Shown in pieces: positions 1 to 10,780 of a DNA stretch of 64,000 nucleotides. The position numbers and the translations under genes are program-made. Every line of letters begins with the position of its first letter. Within the stretch, counting starts at the first letter, position 1. Source of the DNA: an uncultured Eubacteriales bacterium (lineage in GTDB: Bacteria; Bacillota; Clostridia; TANB77; CAG-508); the NCBI GenBank assembly GCA_949289635.1, contig CASEOS010000005.1, positions 537 to 64,536 of the forward strand, in the 5' to 3' direction. Under the pieces are notes generated by a model. The model was not told the origin of the DNA and ran no database searches. It saw only the letters and a program-made list of their open reading frames with translations.

Positions 1-1
1 A

Positions 2-133
2 CTAGAAAGATATATCAGTAAAATTATGGATTTAGGAGATTTAGATTGTGATTATGATGAAAATAATCCAAAATGTCAAAGCTGTATAAAAATTACCATA
101 AAAAATAGACTAAACAAAAAAAGCAAGTGTTAA
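2..133 (+). CDS. 3' end of an upstream gene (partial; ...LERYISKIMDLGDLDCDYDENNPKCQSCIKITIKNRLNKKSKC*)
   Basis: Open frame enters from window edge and stops at 131-133; no recognisable domain. Confidence 0.25.
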   Translation, partial: LERYISKIMDLGDLDCDYDENNPKCQSCIKITIKNRLNKKSKC

Positions 134-158
134 ATGAAAGTTGATATAGGAGGTAAAC

Positions 159-872
159 ATGATACTAGAATTAGAAAATATATGTTTTGAAAGGGATAAC
201 AAAAAAATATTAAACAACATCAATTTAAAAATAGATTTAGGAAAATTTATTGCCATCACAGGGCCAAATGGATCAGGAAAATCTACATTAGTAAAAATGA
301 TCATGGGAATTGAACAACCAGATTCAGGAAGAATTATTTTTGATGGAAAAGATATCACCAATATGAAAATTAATGAAAGAGCAAAACTAGGAATGAGTTT
401 TGGATTTCAACAACCAGTTAAATTTAAAGGAATCACAGTTTATGACTTATTAAAAATAGCAGCACATAAAAAAATAACGAAAAAAGAAGCTTGTGATGCA
501 TTAGCAAAAGTTGGACTATGTGCGAAAGAATATGTTGATAGAGAAGTAAATGGATCTTTATCTGGAGGAGAATTAAAAAGAATTGAAATTGCAACGGTTG
601 CTTTAAGACAAACAAAATTAACCATATTTGATGAGCCAGAAGCGGGGATTGATTTATGGAGTTTTAATAATTTAATTGATGTGTTCCAAACAATGAGTGA
701 AATCACAAAAGGGACAACTATTATCATATCACACCAAGAAAAAATCCTAGAAATAGCTGATGAAATCATATTAATGAAATCAGGAAAAATACAAAAAATC
801 GGTACAAGTGAAGAAATTCTAAAGGAAGAAATAAAGGGAAAAGGATGTTGTAGAATAAAGAAGGAATGCTAG
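159..872 (+). CDS. sufC: ABC-type ATPase, SufC-like Fe-S assembly ATPase
   Basis: Walker A GPNGSGKST, ABC signature LSGGELKR, Walker B IFDEPE; RBS GGAGG upstream; followed by SufB/D-like gene. Confidence 0.65.
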   Translation: MILELENICFERDNKKILNNINLKIDLGKFIAITGPNGSGKSTLVKMIMGIEQPDSGRIIFDGKDITNMKINERAKLGMSFGFQQPVKFKGITVYDLLKIAAHKKITKKEACDALAKVGLCAKEYVDREVNGSLSGGELKRIEIATVALRQTKLTIFDEPEAGIDLWSFNNLIDVFQTMSEITKGTTIIISHQEKILEIADEIILMKSGKIQKIGTSEEILKEEIKGKGCCRIKKEC

Positions 873-1076
873 AATTTTTCATAAGCAGTGAATCAAAGCA
901 AATTTTAAAACAAAAAACATTTCTATAATAATAGTACATTAAAATATAAAAACTTAAAAAATGAAAAGTAAAGAAGATGAAAAATGCTTATGAAAAGTGT
1001 AAGAAATATATTTTGTAAAAAATTACTTTGAAAAATAGGAATTGATAAACTAAAATTTAAATAGAAGGAGGACAAG

Positions 1077-2009
1077 ATGGATTCAAAAAAATTAAATGAA
1101 ATAGATGAACAGCTATTGGGTGAAGTATCTAACTTAGAAAATATCACCAAAGGTGCATACAATATTAGAAAAAATGGAAAAGGAGTAGAGCGACAAGTAA
1201 CAGAAAATGTCAATATTGTCACCAAAAAAGATGTATCAGGAATTGATATCTATGTAAAAGAAAATACAAAATTTGAATTTATACACATACCAGTTATTAT
1301 TACGGAAAGTGGATTAAAAGACTTAGTATATAATGATTTTCATATTGGGAAAAACGCCAATGTCATTATAGTAGCAGGATGTGGAATTCATAATGATCAT
1401 CATAAAGATTCAGAACATGATGGTATTCATAGATTTTACCTTGAAGAAGGAGCAAAAGTAAAATATATAGAAAAACATTATGGTGAAGGAAATGGAGATG
1501 GAAAAAGAATTTTAAATCCAGTAACAGAAGTATATTTAAAAGCAGGAAGTAGCTTAGAAATGGAAAGTGTGCAAATCAAAGGTGTCAGTTCAACCATTAG
1601 AGAAACAAAAGGTATTTTAGAAAAAGATACTAACTTTGTAGTAACAGAAAAAATCATGACAGATGGAAATCAATATGCAAAAACGATATTTGATGTACAA
1701 CTAAATGGAGAAAATGCTAGTACACATGTTACTTCTAGGTCTGTAGCAACAGAAAACTCAAAGCAAGAATTTGTATCTAAAATATATGGAAATGAAAAAT
1801 GTTTTGCACACAGTGAATGTGATGCCATTATCAAAGATAATGCTATCGTGACAGCAACACCTGAAATTACAGCGAATAATGTAGAGGCAAACTTAATCCA
1901 TGAAGCAGCTATTGGAAAAATTGCAGGTGAACAATTAACAAAATTAATGACCTTAGGACTATCTGAAAAAGAAGCAGAAGAGGAAATCATTAATGGATTT
2001 TTAAGATAA
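1077..2009 (+). CDS. SufB/SufD family Fe-S cluster assembly protein
   Basis: 310 aa, position downstream of SufC-like ATPase, RBS AAGGAGG; beta-helix-like repetitive composition typical of SufBD. Confidence 0.55.
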   Translation: MDSKKLNEIDEQLLGEVSNLENITKGAYNIRKNGKGVERQVTENVNIVTKKDVSGIDIYVKENTKFEFIHIPVIITESGLKDLVYNDFHIGKNANVIIVAGCGIHNDHHKDSEHDGIHRFYLEEGAKVKYIEKHYGEGNGDGKRILNPVTEVYLKAGSSLEMESVQIKGVSSTIRETKGILEKDTNFVVTEKIMTDGNQYAKTIFDVQLNGENASTHVTSRSVATENSKQEFVSKIYGNEKCFAHSECDAIIKDNAIVTATPEITANNVEANLIHEAAIGKIAGEQLTKLMTLGLSEKEAEEEIINGFLR

Positions 2010-2337
2010 AATATATAATTATCAAATTATATATAAAAAATATTTATAAAATAAAAGATAAAGCTAAAGTATAGAAATAAAATAAAAAGTCAAACGATAA
2101 AATATTAATATAAATAGTATAAAACTGATAATGAAAAAATGATTATCAGTTTTTTTGTGATATGTGATATAGGAGAAATCATTTTTTCTTGTAGTATAAA
2201 AGAAATCACTTTTTTTATACAGTAAAAAATGTCGTATGAGTAGGATTTTTTGCCAGAACGAGAAATGTGAAATTAAGGTGAATTTTAAGAAAAAACAAAA
2301 TTTTATGATATAATGAAATAAAAATGGAGTAAAGTGT

Positions 2338-3312
2338 ATGAATAAAAAAGGGAAACATTCTAAAGAAGAAAAAAGTAAATTAAAAATTGATAGTAAAGTA
2401 CTGAAAATAGGATTTTCTATATGTGTAGTTATTGCAATTGGAATCATCATATATAGCTATATGATGAGAAATAAAGAAGATGCAAATAAGCAAGTAGAAG
2501 AACAAAAAGAAGAGGAAAGCATTGAAACAGCAAACATAGAAGAACCAATTATAGAAGAAACACTAGATAATAATATACAAAATTTGATAAATCAAATTAT
2601 GATAGAAAACAATTTAAACGAAAATAACTTTTTCTTTTTCTTTTATAATGTAGAAGAAAAAAAGTATTATTTTTATAATGAAAACACATATTTTACAGCA
2701 GCAAGCACGATAAAAGTTCCAGTTGCCATGCTGTATTATGATAAAATAGCAGACGGAGAATTAAATTTATCAGACACCATAATATATCATAGTGATGACT
2801 ATGAAACAGGAGATGGAAGTACTGCTGCGGATTATTCAGTAGGAGAAAAAATACCAATTTCTTATTTATTAGAACAAACAATAGTAAATAGTGATAATAT
2901 GGCATTAAATATTTTAATAAATCATATAGGCTATCAAAAATGTAAAGAAGAGTTAAGCAAATATTCAGACATAGAACTTATAGAAGACTTTTATACATCA
3001 AATGTTGCAAATGTTTCATATTATTATGATGTATTACAATATTTATATCAAAATACTGAGAAATATAGTGAATTAATTACAAATATGAAAAAATCATCAG
3101 GTGGAGGATATCTAAAAGCCGATTTACCACAATATGAAGTGGCTCACAAATATGGTTCTTATGATGGATATGTGCATGATTATGGCATTATATATGGTCA
3201 AAATACATATTTAATAGGTGTATTTACAAAAGGAATTGCCAACGCAAGCGATTTAATAGCAGATATAGGAGAACAAGTTGTGACATGTGTAGAAACAGAA
3301 AAATCCCAATAA
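2338..3312 (+). CDS. class A beta-lactamase-like serine hydrolase with N-terminal membrane anchor
   Basis: S-x-x-K (STIK) and SDN (NSDNMALN) motifs; N-terminal TM helix. Confidence 0.6.
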   Translation: MNKKGKHSKEEKSKLKIDSKVLKIGFSICVVIAIGIIIYSYMMRNKEDANKQVEEQKEEESIETANIEEPIIEETLDNNIQNLINQIMIENNLNENNFFFFFYNVEEKKYYFYNENTYFTAASTIKVPVAMLYYDKIADGELNLSDTIIYHSDDYETGDGSTAADYSVGEKIPISYLLEQTIVNSDNMALNILINHIGYQKCKEELSKYSDIELIEDFYTSNVANVSYYYDVLQYLYQNTEKYSELITNMKKSSGGGYLKADLPQYEVAHKYGSYDGYVHDYGIIYGQNTYLIGVFTKGIANASDLIADIGEQVVTCVETEKSQ

Positions 3313-3338
3313 ATAAACTTATTGGGATTTTTTAGCTT

Positions 3339-3719
3339 TTATTCAACTTCTTTTTTCCATAAACCATGTTTATTGCAATAAGCATACAAACAAGATCCAG
3401 GAATGTATGGAAAACGACATTCAGCATTTTGTTCAGGATATAATTTAACCATATATTCTTTATTATCTGTTACTAGGGCTATCCATTCAATAAAATGTTC
3501 TTTTTCCATAACATGATTTACTGTAACAAAAATTTCATCTTCGACTTTTTCATAATTAGGAACATGTTTTTCAACCGCAGCATCAACAGAATTTGGCTTT
3601 AAAATTTCCATTGGTTCACCACAGCAAACAATACCACATCCTTCACAATTGCAGTCTTCAATAACTTTTATAGTTGCTCCACAAGATTTGCATTTTTTTA
3701 TAACGAATTCATTTTTCAT
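3339..3719 (-). CDS. dfx: desulfoferrodoxin (superoxide reductase, 2Fe-SOR)
   Basis: N-terminal desulforedoxin CKSCG...CCGEPM, EKHVP, HVMEKEHFIEWI and C-terminal YCNKHGLWK motifs, 126 aa. Confidence 0.9.
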   Translation of the reverse strand: MKNEFVIKKCKSCGATIKVIEDCNCEGCGIVCCGEPMEILKPNSVDAAVEKHVPNYEKVEDEIFVTVNHVMEKEHFIEWIALVTDNKEYMVKLYPEQNAECRFPYIPGSCLYAYCNKHGLWKKEVE

Positions 3720-4086
3720 AGTAATCTGTCCTTTCTTTTTTACATTTTTATAATGATTGTAGTATAAGGTATTTATTTGTATATTTACCTTTTTGCAAGA
3801 TTAGTATATCACAATATGATAAAAAAATATACTGTTTTTAAATTTTAATTGTTAATTGTTAATTTATCATTTACTATTTATTATTTACTGTTTATTGTAT
3901 TTTTTGTTCTTGTTTTAGTATTTTGTTTCTTTAGCTTAGGAATATTTTTGTTTTTTTGAATATAATATGTAAGATGATAATGTTTGATTGGTGGGGATTA
4001 ATTGGAATTTAAAGATGATTCTAATTTGAAAAGAGGTGTTTAAAATTTAAAGTTTATTGGAAAATATTGTATTTTTGCTGAAAGTG

Positions 4087-4115
4087 TTGACATTGCAATC
4101 TATTAGTAGTATAAT
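4087..4115 (+). promoter_or_regulatory. consensus sigma-A promoter (TTGACA-17-TATAAT) driving tRNA-fMet
   Basis: TTGACA at 4087-4092, 17-nt spacer, TATAAT at 4110-4115, ~20 nt upstream of tRNA 5' end. Confidence 0.6.
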
Positions 4116-4135
4116 TATTTTTGTAAAATTTATAT

Positions 4136-4211
<76 letters not shown>

Positions 4212-4427
4212 AACTTATATCACTAGAACTGTAACGGTTTTAGTGATTTTTTATTGATTAAAAATTAGTTGCAATAATGGGTAAAAATCACCCATTTATG
4301 TCAAATTGGGGAGAAATTGGGGATGAACTCCTCAATTTGATACTTATAAATACCATAAATTTCAACAAAATTTATATTTGATAAATATGAGAGTTACAAA
4401 AGTAGTTTATAAGATAATATTGAACTT

Positions 4428-5627
4428 TTAATTTGCTTTGCTTGATATTAACAAATTTTCTAATACATTTCCAGCTTTTTTATCATGTGATTTTAGTGGA
4501 TGTACATAAAAATTATATGTAGTAGTAATTTGTGCATGACCAAGCCTTGCAGATACTGTTGCAACATCTATTTGTTGTCCTATCAAAAGAGTTGCATTAG
4601 TATGTCTTAAACCATGAAAATTAATTACAGGTAGTCCAATAGATTTTACAAAATCAACAAACCATTTACTAATTGTAGATGGATGAATAGGTTTACCATT
4701 ATCTTGAACAAATAACCTATCTGATTCGTACCAAAAATCGCCTACAATTGATTTTTGCTCTTCATACCATAACCTATATTCCTTAAGCAAAGAAACAATA
4801 AAATCAGGGATTGCAACGTCTCTAATAGAGCTTTCTGTTTTTGGTGACTTTGTAAATACCCCTTTAGGAGCTAGATATTGGCTTGATTTGTTAATATTGA
4901 TAATACCATTTTTGAAATCAATGTCACTCCATTCAAGTCCAACAAGTTCTCCAAGTCTTGCACCAGTAAATATATCAAGTAAAATTGCAACACGATATTT
5001 AATGTCTTTACCAGTGAGCTTTTCTAAGTTATCAACTAAAATTTTAGTTTGATCTTCATCATAATGAGGTCTTATTGGTTTTGCTGCTTTAGGTGGCTGA
5101 ACACGTTCTGCAGGATTACTTACAATAAGTTGCCAATATACTGCTTTATGAAGCATTGCTGAAAGTAAACGGTGATGTTCTAATATTGTTTTTGGTGATA
5201 AAGGTTTCCTTGTCTTTTTACCATTGTTGTTTTTCTTTCTAACTAATTGAGTATCAGCCTCAAGCAAATCATAAAATCTCATAATGTCAGTAGGCATTAT
5301 TTTGTTTAATTTATAATGTCCAAAATATGGAGTGATTCTCGTTTCTAACATACGTTTATATCTGTAATATGTAGATGGTGCAAGTTCTTTTAAACCATAA
5401 TCTCTAGTCCATATTTCGACAAATTGTGCAAATGTAGGAACAGTTCCACCGACTACTAGTCCACTTTCAACTTGTGTTAAAAATTTTGCAAGTTCTATTT
5501 GTGCTTCTGATTTGTTTTTACAATGTACTGTTTTTTGATGTCTAATGGGCTTTCCGTCTAGGTCATATCCTTTAAATACAACTAGCCTGTAACTATTTTT
5601 TCCACGCTTTTCAATACTACCAGTCAC
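4428..5627 (-). CDS. int: tyrosine-type site-specific integrase
   Basis: 399 aa; C-terminal catalytic motifs HGLRHT...LGHAQITTTYNFYVH (R-H-R-Y); adjacent to tRNA 3' end. Confidence 0.9.
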   Translation of the reverse strand: MTGSIEKRGKNSYRLVVFKGYDLDGKPIRHQKTVHCKNKSEAQIELAKFLTQVESGLVVGGTVPTFAQFVEIWTRDYGLKELAPSTYYRYKRMLETRITPYFGHYKLNKIMPTDIMRFYDLLEADTQLVRKKNNNGKKTRKPLSPKTILEHHRLLSAMLHKAVYWQLIVSNPAERVQPPKAAKPIRPHYDEDQTKILVDNLEKLTGKDIKYRVAILLDIFTGARLGELVGLEWSDIDFKNGIININKSSQYLAPKGVFTKSPKTESSIRDVAIPDFIVSLLKEYRLWYEEQKSIVGDFWYESDRLFVQDNGKPIHPSTISKWFVDFVKSIGLPVINFHGLRHTNATLLIGQQIDVATVSARLGHAQITTTYNFYVHPLKSHDKKAGNVLENLLISSKAN

Positions 5628-5882
5628 TATCTTTTGCCTCCTTTCTGTTTTGATTTAGTAATTTTTTGAATTACTATGTTTTTATTGTAGCATATTTTTT
5701 TGGGAAATCGAAACCCGACAGGTGGTTATTGAGATAAAAAATATATTACTCATATAGTTAAAAATATTAGCTAAAGATCAAAATATAAAAGGTAAAAAAG
5801 TATTGACTTTAATAAAAATAAGTTTTATAATATAACTTATAAGTTATACGAAGGGAGTAATCTATGTAAGGAGTGCGTTAAG

Positions 5883-6347
5883 ATGATAAAAAAATATAGA
5901 GAAACATTATACACATTAAAAGAAAAATTAAAGGAAGATGAAACAAAAACACTAATAATAGATGAGTGTTTAGAAGAAATGGATGATATTATAGAAAATA
6001 TTAGTGTTTGTAGAAGTTTTGCAGCTACTCTACAGTCAGATATAGCGCGCTACAATGAACATAGAAAGGAGCTATTAAAATCAGGAAAAACTTTTGAATT
6101 TTTAACCTTAAATGACAAACAAAAGAAAGATAAGATAGGTCCAGATAACATATGTAGTTATAAATTTAAGAAAAAAGGGAATAATAATAAAAACATAAGA
6201 TGCATATATATTACAGATGAGGAGAAAGGATGGAATATATTTTTAAAATGTTTCGTTGAAAAAAGTAATAAAGGTAAAAGAGGAGATTATAATGTGGCTA
6301 TAAATGAAGCAATAAAAAGATATAATGATATTTATAGAGAGGATTAG
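5883..6347 (+). CDS. hypothetical protein (possible toxin partner of downstream HTH protein)
   Basis: 154 aa ORF with RBS AAGGAG; stop abuts start of XRE gene. Confidence 0.35.
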   Translation: MIKKYRETLYTLKEKLKEDETKTLIIDECLEEMDDIIENISVCRSFAATLQSDIARYNEHRKELLKSGKTFEFLTLNDKQKKDKIGPDNICSYKFKKKGNNNKNIRCIYITDEEKGWNIFLKCFVEKSNKGKRGDYNVAINEAIKRYNDIYRED

Positions 6348-6824
6348 GTGATTATTATGGGAATAAATTATGAGAAATTATTTAAAAAAAGTGCAAAATA
6401 TAAAGTAGACAAAGAATTATTGAAAGAAATTGAGTACAATGAAATATTATTAATTATTTCTAAAGAACTAATTAAGTATAGAGATGACAATAAATTAAAA
6501 CAGGAGGATCTAGCTAGAAAATTGGGTATAAGTCAAGTAATGGTTTCAAAGATGGAATCAGGAAAATATAACTATACTATAAAATCATTAGTAAATTTAT
6601 GGAATAATTTATCTACGGTGAAAATAAACTTTGGTGCAAATTTATTGAACAAAATATATAATAAAATTGTAAGAAATTATAATTCAATTAAAATAGAATT
6701 TAATAATGAAAAAATAGAAGAGAAATTTGATTATGACAAAAATAGTACTAAAAAGGAAATTATACATGCACAGAAGGTTTACACAATAAGTAATGGTGTA
6801 TATGAAGAAAAAATAGCATGTTAA
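6348..6824 (+). CDS. XRE-family helix-turn-helix protein
   Basis: HTH segment QEDLARKLGISQVMVSKMESGK. Confidence 0.55.
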   Translation: MIIMGINYEKLFKKSAKYKVDKELLKEIEYNEILLIISKELIKYRDDNKLKQEDLARKLGISQVMVSKMESGKYNYTIKSLVNLWNNLSTVKINFGANLLNKIYNKIVRNYNSIKIEFNNEKIEEKFDYDKNSTKKEIIHAQKVYTISNGVYEEKIAC

Positions 6825-6840
6825 TTAGGAGGACAAGTAA

Positions 6841-7287
6841 ATGGAAAATAATAAAATTATGTCTAGTTTTCAATTTATAGATAGTTATATTAAAAGTAGT
6901 AATATAAAAATACATAATAGAAATATCAAAAATAGTAAATTAGAACTTGGAATAGAAGTAAATATCTCTGAAATAAAAGAGAATGAAAATGAACTTTCAG
7001 CAGAACTAAGATTGAAAAATATAGTAAAAATAAATAACGGAAATGGAGACATATTAGTGGAAATCGATGTGGAAATGGCTGGAATTTTTAGAGCACATAA
7101 TATGGATAAAGAAAAATTTATTCAATTCATGAAATTTAGTGGTACGCCTATTATTTCTCAATCAATAAGGAGTTATGTAATGAGTATATCAGCTTTAAGT
7201 GGCATAGAAACAATTAGAATACCATTAATAAATTATGTTGAATTCTTTAAAAATAATGATGAAAATGAAAATAAGGAAGTAAAATAA
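6841..7287 (+). CDS. hypothetical protein
   Basis: 148 aa ORF, RBS GGAGG upstream, no recognisable motif. Confidence 0.3.
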   Translation: MENNKIMSSFQFIDSYIKSSNIKIHNRNIKNSKLELGIEVNISEIKENENELSAELRLKNIVKINNGNGDILVEIDVEMAGIFRAHNMDKEKFIQFMKFSGTPIISQSIRSYVMSISALSGIETIRIPLINYVEFFKNNDENENKEVK

Positions 7288-7323
7288 ATACTTCCTTATT
7301 TTTTGTAATATATATTTTAAATT

Positions 7324-9048
7324 CTAAAAAGATTTTTTAGTTAAAATGTTTTCTAAATTATCTCCTATTAATTTTTTTCTTTTGTCATAAAAAACTTTGA
7401 AATTATCTATAGAATAATTTAATAATTCTTCATCGATTGCAGGTAAAAATTTAATAATGTTAGAAGGAATCATCTGTTTCTCTTTTAATTCATTTATATA
7501 ATCTTCTAAAAGCATATCACTTTTACTTTTTCTATTTTCTTTTGCTTGTAATAAGTTTAAATTTGCTATCATATCTTTATAAGACTTAAAATATTTATTA
7601 TTTCTTAAAATACTTTCAGCATATAAATGATCAATATCTATTAATTTTGAACTATCAAAATTAGGATCTATTATAGATAAGATCATAAAAGTATAAGGAC
7701 TACCTTTTTTATATGTATCTAACCAATTATCAATATCATCTCTGTTGACAGAATAATTTCTATTGCCAACTAATGAAATATTTTTTAATAAATTAGTCGA
7801 AAATCTTTTCTGATTAAATAATGCCTTTCTAGTTTCAGTTAAAGCAGAGTTACTTGCAACACCAAAAAGATTTTTTAGTTGTGCAATAATAAAATATTTT
7901 TTTATTTCTAATTTTACATCTTCATCTTTAATCTCTCCATTATTATATACATAATAAATAATTGGCATTATTGCATTATAAGAAGTTATATTCCAGTTAG
8001 TAAATCCAAATTCTATAAGAAGATTTCTCGTTTTTATAATAGAGGTTTTTATTTTGCTCCAATTATGCTTCAATTCATCAATATTTAGAGCATTAAAATT
8101 CTTTATATTTAGAATTACAGATATATCAAATACATAGAGAATAGCTCTTATAAGAAAGTCAATGTCAAAACTAAATATTTTTGCTTGTTTTTCATTTATG
8201 TTTAAATTTTTTAGAAAATCATCAAAATTTTCTCTTGCATCACTCCATTTAGCAATAATTGTAGAAAATAAAAGGTCTGGTTTTGACAGTTTTGTTCCAC
8301 CACTATTTATTCTTACAAAAATATCTAATATATCATCTAAACGTGTATCTTTGTTTATTGCATAACAACCAAGTAAAGACCTATCGTTAATGCAAGAGTT
8401 CAATTCTGAAAGAATTGAAAGAGCTTCATCAGTATCATCATCTGTTTGAAAGTTATAATGTTCTTTTATATATCTTCGTCTATCTTTTTCATCTTTTAAT
8501 CCTATAATTTTTCCTACTTCAAACCAATTACTTTTTTCATCATTTGATGCAATGTGTGGTTCTAAAAATTTGAAAGTATAAAAAAGTTTTTCTTCATCTT
8601 GTAAAAAATCTTTTTTTAATTTTATATATAGATTTCTTTTAGGATAAGATTCAATTTTATCATATTTTTTATTTGGTAAGTGAGTTGCATAAGAACCTTT
8701 TAGTCCAATAATCAAAGACTGAATACGTTGTTGACCATCTAAAATTGCTAAGTATTCCTTATCATTAGATGAATTTTTTATTAGTTGATTATATTTATTA
8801 TCGCCATATTCACTATAATTTTTTATAAATTCATAGAAACCTATTGAATTTTCAGCGTTAATTTTTTTCCCAGAAACTTTCCAAGTTAAAAATGTACCAA
8901 TCGGGTATCCTTCCAATATAGATTCAAAAAGATTACATATTTGTTCTTCTTTCCATACAAATTTTCTTTGAATAGCAGGTAAAATTACATGAGTATCTTC
9001 ATCTATGATATCACAAATTTTTTTTGTTTCAATTTGATAGTCTTGCAT
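7324..9048 (-). CDS. GmrSD-like type IV restriction enzyme (DUF262 ParB-like NTPase + DUF1524 His-Me nuclease)
   Basis: N-terminal DGQQR motif (DUF262 signature), C-terminal DIDHLYAES His-Me-like motif, 574 aa. Confidence 0.65.
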   Translation of the reverse strand: MQDYQIETKKICDIIDEDTHVILPAIQRKFVWKEEQICNLFESILEGYPIGTFLTWKVSGKKINAENSIGFYEFIKNYSEYGDNKYNQLIKNSSNDKEYLAILDGQQRIQSLIIGLKGSYATHLPNKKYDKIESYPKRNLYIKLKKDFLQDEEKLFYTFKFLEPHIASNDEKSNWFEVGKIIGLKDEKDRRRYIKEHYNFQTDDDTDEALSILSELNSCINDRSLLGCYAINKDTRLDDILDIFVRINSGGTKLSKPDLLFSTIIAKWSDARENFDDFLKNLNINEKQAKIFSFDIDFLIRAILYVFDISVILNIKNFNALNIDELKHNWSKIKTSIIKTRNLLIEFGFTNWNITSYNAIMPIIYYVYNNGEIKDEDVKLEIKKYFIIAQLKNLFGVASNSALTETRKALFNQKRFSTNLLKNISLVGNRNYSVNRDDIDNWLDTYKKGSPYTFMILSIIDPNFDSSKLIDIDHLYAESILRNNKYFKSYKDMIANLNLLQAKENRKSKSDMLLEDYINELKEKQMIPSNIIKFLPAIDEELLNYSIDNFKVFYDKRKKLIGDNLENILTKKSF

Positions 9049-9169
9049 TTTTATATCTCCTTAATTAATTTTTTAGATAATAGGATTTTATCATTATATG
9101 TTTATAATTACAATAGATATTTATATACAAATAAATAAAATCAATTAAATTGTTGATTTAGTTTTTATA

Positions 9170-10228
9170 TTATTTCCTTATTTTCATACTATCAATCCAC
9201 TTCTCAAATTCTTTACTACTAATTTTACCATGCTGATATTTATCGAGCATCACTGCACCAATTACCTTATATTTTTCATAAAGAGGTAATACATTCGGAT
9301 TACTACTTAAAGAAGCTTGTTTTTGTAAATTTTTATATCTGTTTCTATATCGTTTACAAAGAGGATCATTTGCAAAATTTCTACCAAAAGCAAGATTTTC
9401 TACGTATTCTTTACATGTTTTTCCATTTTCAAAAATCTCATCACAATATAAAGTTTTATGAGCAGTTTTAGGAATAAAATAGTAATCACAATTTTTACAT
9501 TTTATAATCCTAAAACTCTTTTTATTATTCATAAATTCTTTCATACTAACAAATAAAAGGCAAGCAAAGTCATCGGAAGAATAATAATATTTGATATTAT
9601 TTTTTGATTCATTAGGTATAGCGTTTAAAAAGAAATTATCTAAATCAAAATTCATTTTTATATCTTTAAAATTTTCAGCTATGTCATTTAGAATAGATTC
9701 ATATGTTTCATTATCTTTTAATCTTTTCAGTTTTTCATAATCAGAATCTTTTTCGGTAGATGCTTCAAATAATGTTTTAAAATAAACTTTATCTACTATG
9801 TTTTTAAATACATATTGAGCCGATTCTATAAAAGAAAAATATAAAATCTTAGCTTCTTCAGAATATTTTATAATTTCTTCTTCTGTTAAAATTATTTTTG
9901 GATTATCCATTATTTCATAAGTTAAATCAATATTTCTATAATATTCAAAATAAAGATAATTTTTATTTCTAGCTATGAAGTTAACTAAAAAGTAATTAAT
10001 TAAGAAATAATTTAAATGCCAAACATCAGTAAAGTCTAAATTAAGAAACTCAAGTAAAAATGTTCCGATTTTTTTTGCTTTAGGTTTAACTTTTTCAAAT
10101 ACATAGAATTTTTTATCTCGTAACTTTTCTGGAAATTTAACTAGTTCAGTAATTTCTATTGGTTCGTATCTTACAAAGTATTCTTTTGAATTTTTAAAAT
10201 CAAATGCAAGTTCTAAATCATAATTCAT
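9170..10228 (-). CDS. hypothetical protein with C-terminal zinc ribbon (possible Rep-like initiator)
   Basis: 352 aa; Cys cluster CKNCDYYFIPKTAHKTLYCDE...CKEY; tandem iteron-like repeats immediately upstream. Confidence 0.35.
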   Translation of the reverse strand: MNYDLELAFDFKNSKEYFVRYEPIEITELVKFPEKLRDKKFYVFEKVKPKAKKIGTFLLEFLNLDFTDVWHLNYFLINYFLVNFIARNKNYLYFEYYRNIDLTYEIMDNPKIILTEEEIIKYSEEAKILYFSFIESAQYVFKNIVDKVYFKTLFEASTEKDSDYEKLKRLKDNETYESILNDIAENFKDIKMNFDLDNFFLNAIPNESKNNIKYYYSSDDFACLLFVSMKEFMNNKKSFRIIKCKNCDYYFIPKTAHKTLYCDEIFENGKTCKEYVENLAFGRNFANDPLCKRYRNRYKNLQKQASLSSNPNVLPLYEKYKVIGAVMLDKYQHGKISSKEFEKWIDSMKIRK

Positions 10229-10295
10229 TCTATTTTCCCCCCTTAAGTTTACGGTAAATCACAGATATGCGTTTCTGGTTCTATATATATAAAAG

Positions 10296-10575
10296 ACAAC
10301 ATAAAATTTATATTTACACGAAATTTTTAAAATTTTTTTATCTTATAAATATATAGGCGAAATGAGAGTTGCAATTTTCCCAGAATTTCAAAAAATTTTT
10401 TTGTCATATATATAGGCGAAAATTTTATTAAAAATCTGAATAAATTTTAAGAAATTTTTAATTTTATATATAGACAAAATAAGATTTGTAATTTTCCACA
10501 ATTTTTTTAATTTTTGTTCACATATATAGGCGAAATTTTTATTAAAAAGGTTAAAAATTTTTTTTATTTTTTAAA
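10296..10575. repeat. tandem iteron-like repeats (two ~115-bp units, each with a TATATAGGCGAAA-headed half)
   Basis: Four occurrences of TATATAG(G/A)C(G/A)AAA followed by alternating related AT-rich tracts; imperfect, so not CRISPR. Confidence 0.6.
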
Positions 10576-10780
10576 ATTTTTTTGTAACATTGCCCTACAA
10601 AGAAAATAATTGAATAATTTATTGCCTGTCTGGTTTTTTTAAACTAATAAAACAACTAAAATAATAAACAATAATTAGTTAACTAAATTATACAAACGAT
10701 ATCGTAGAAAGGTATAAAATTTAATGGTCTTATACCTTTCTGTAGAAAAACTTAAATAAAAAGTAAAGAGAGGTGATTAT

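Noticed and set aside
110-769. Minus-strand ORFs 110-361, 433-615, 440-769
   Set aside because: Lie antisense within the well-supported SufC-like gene; AT-rich low-complexity translations
10296-10575. Possible CRISPR array
   Set aside because: Repeat units are imperfect, of unequal length, AT-rich with no unique spacers, and no cas genes are nearby; interpreted as iterons instead
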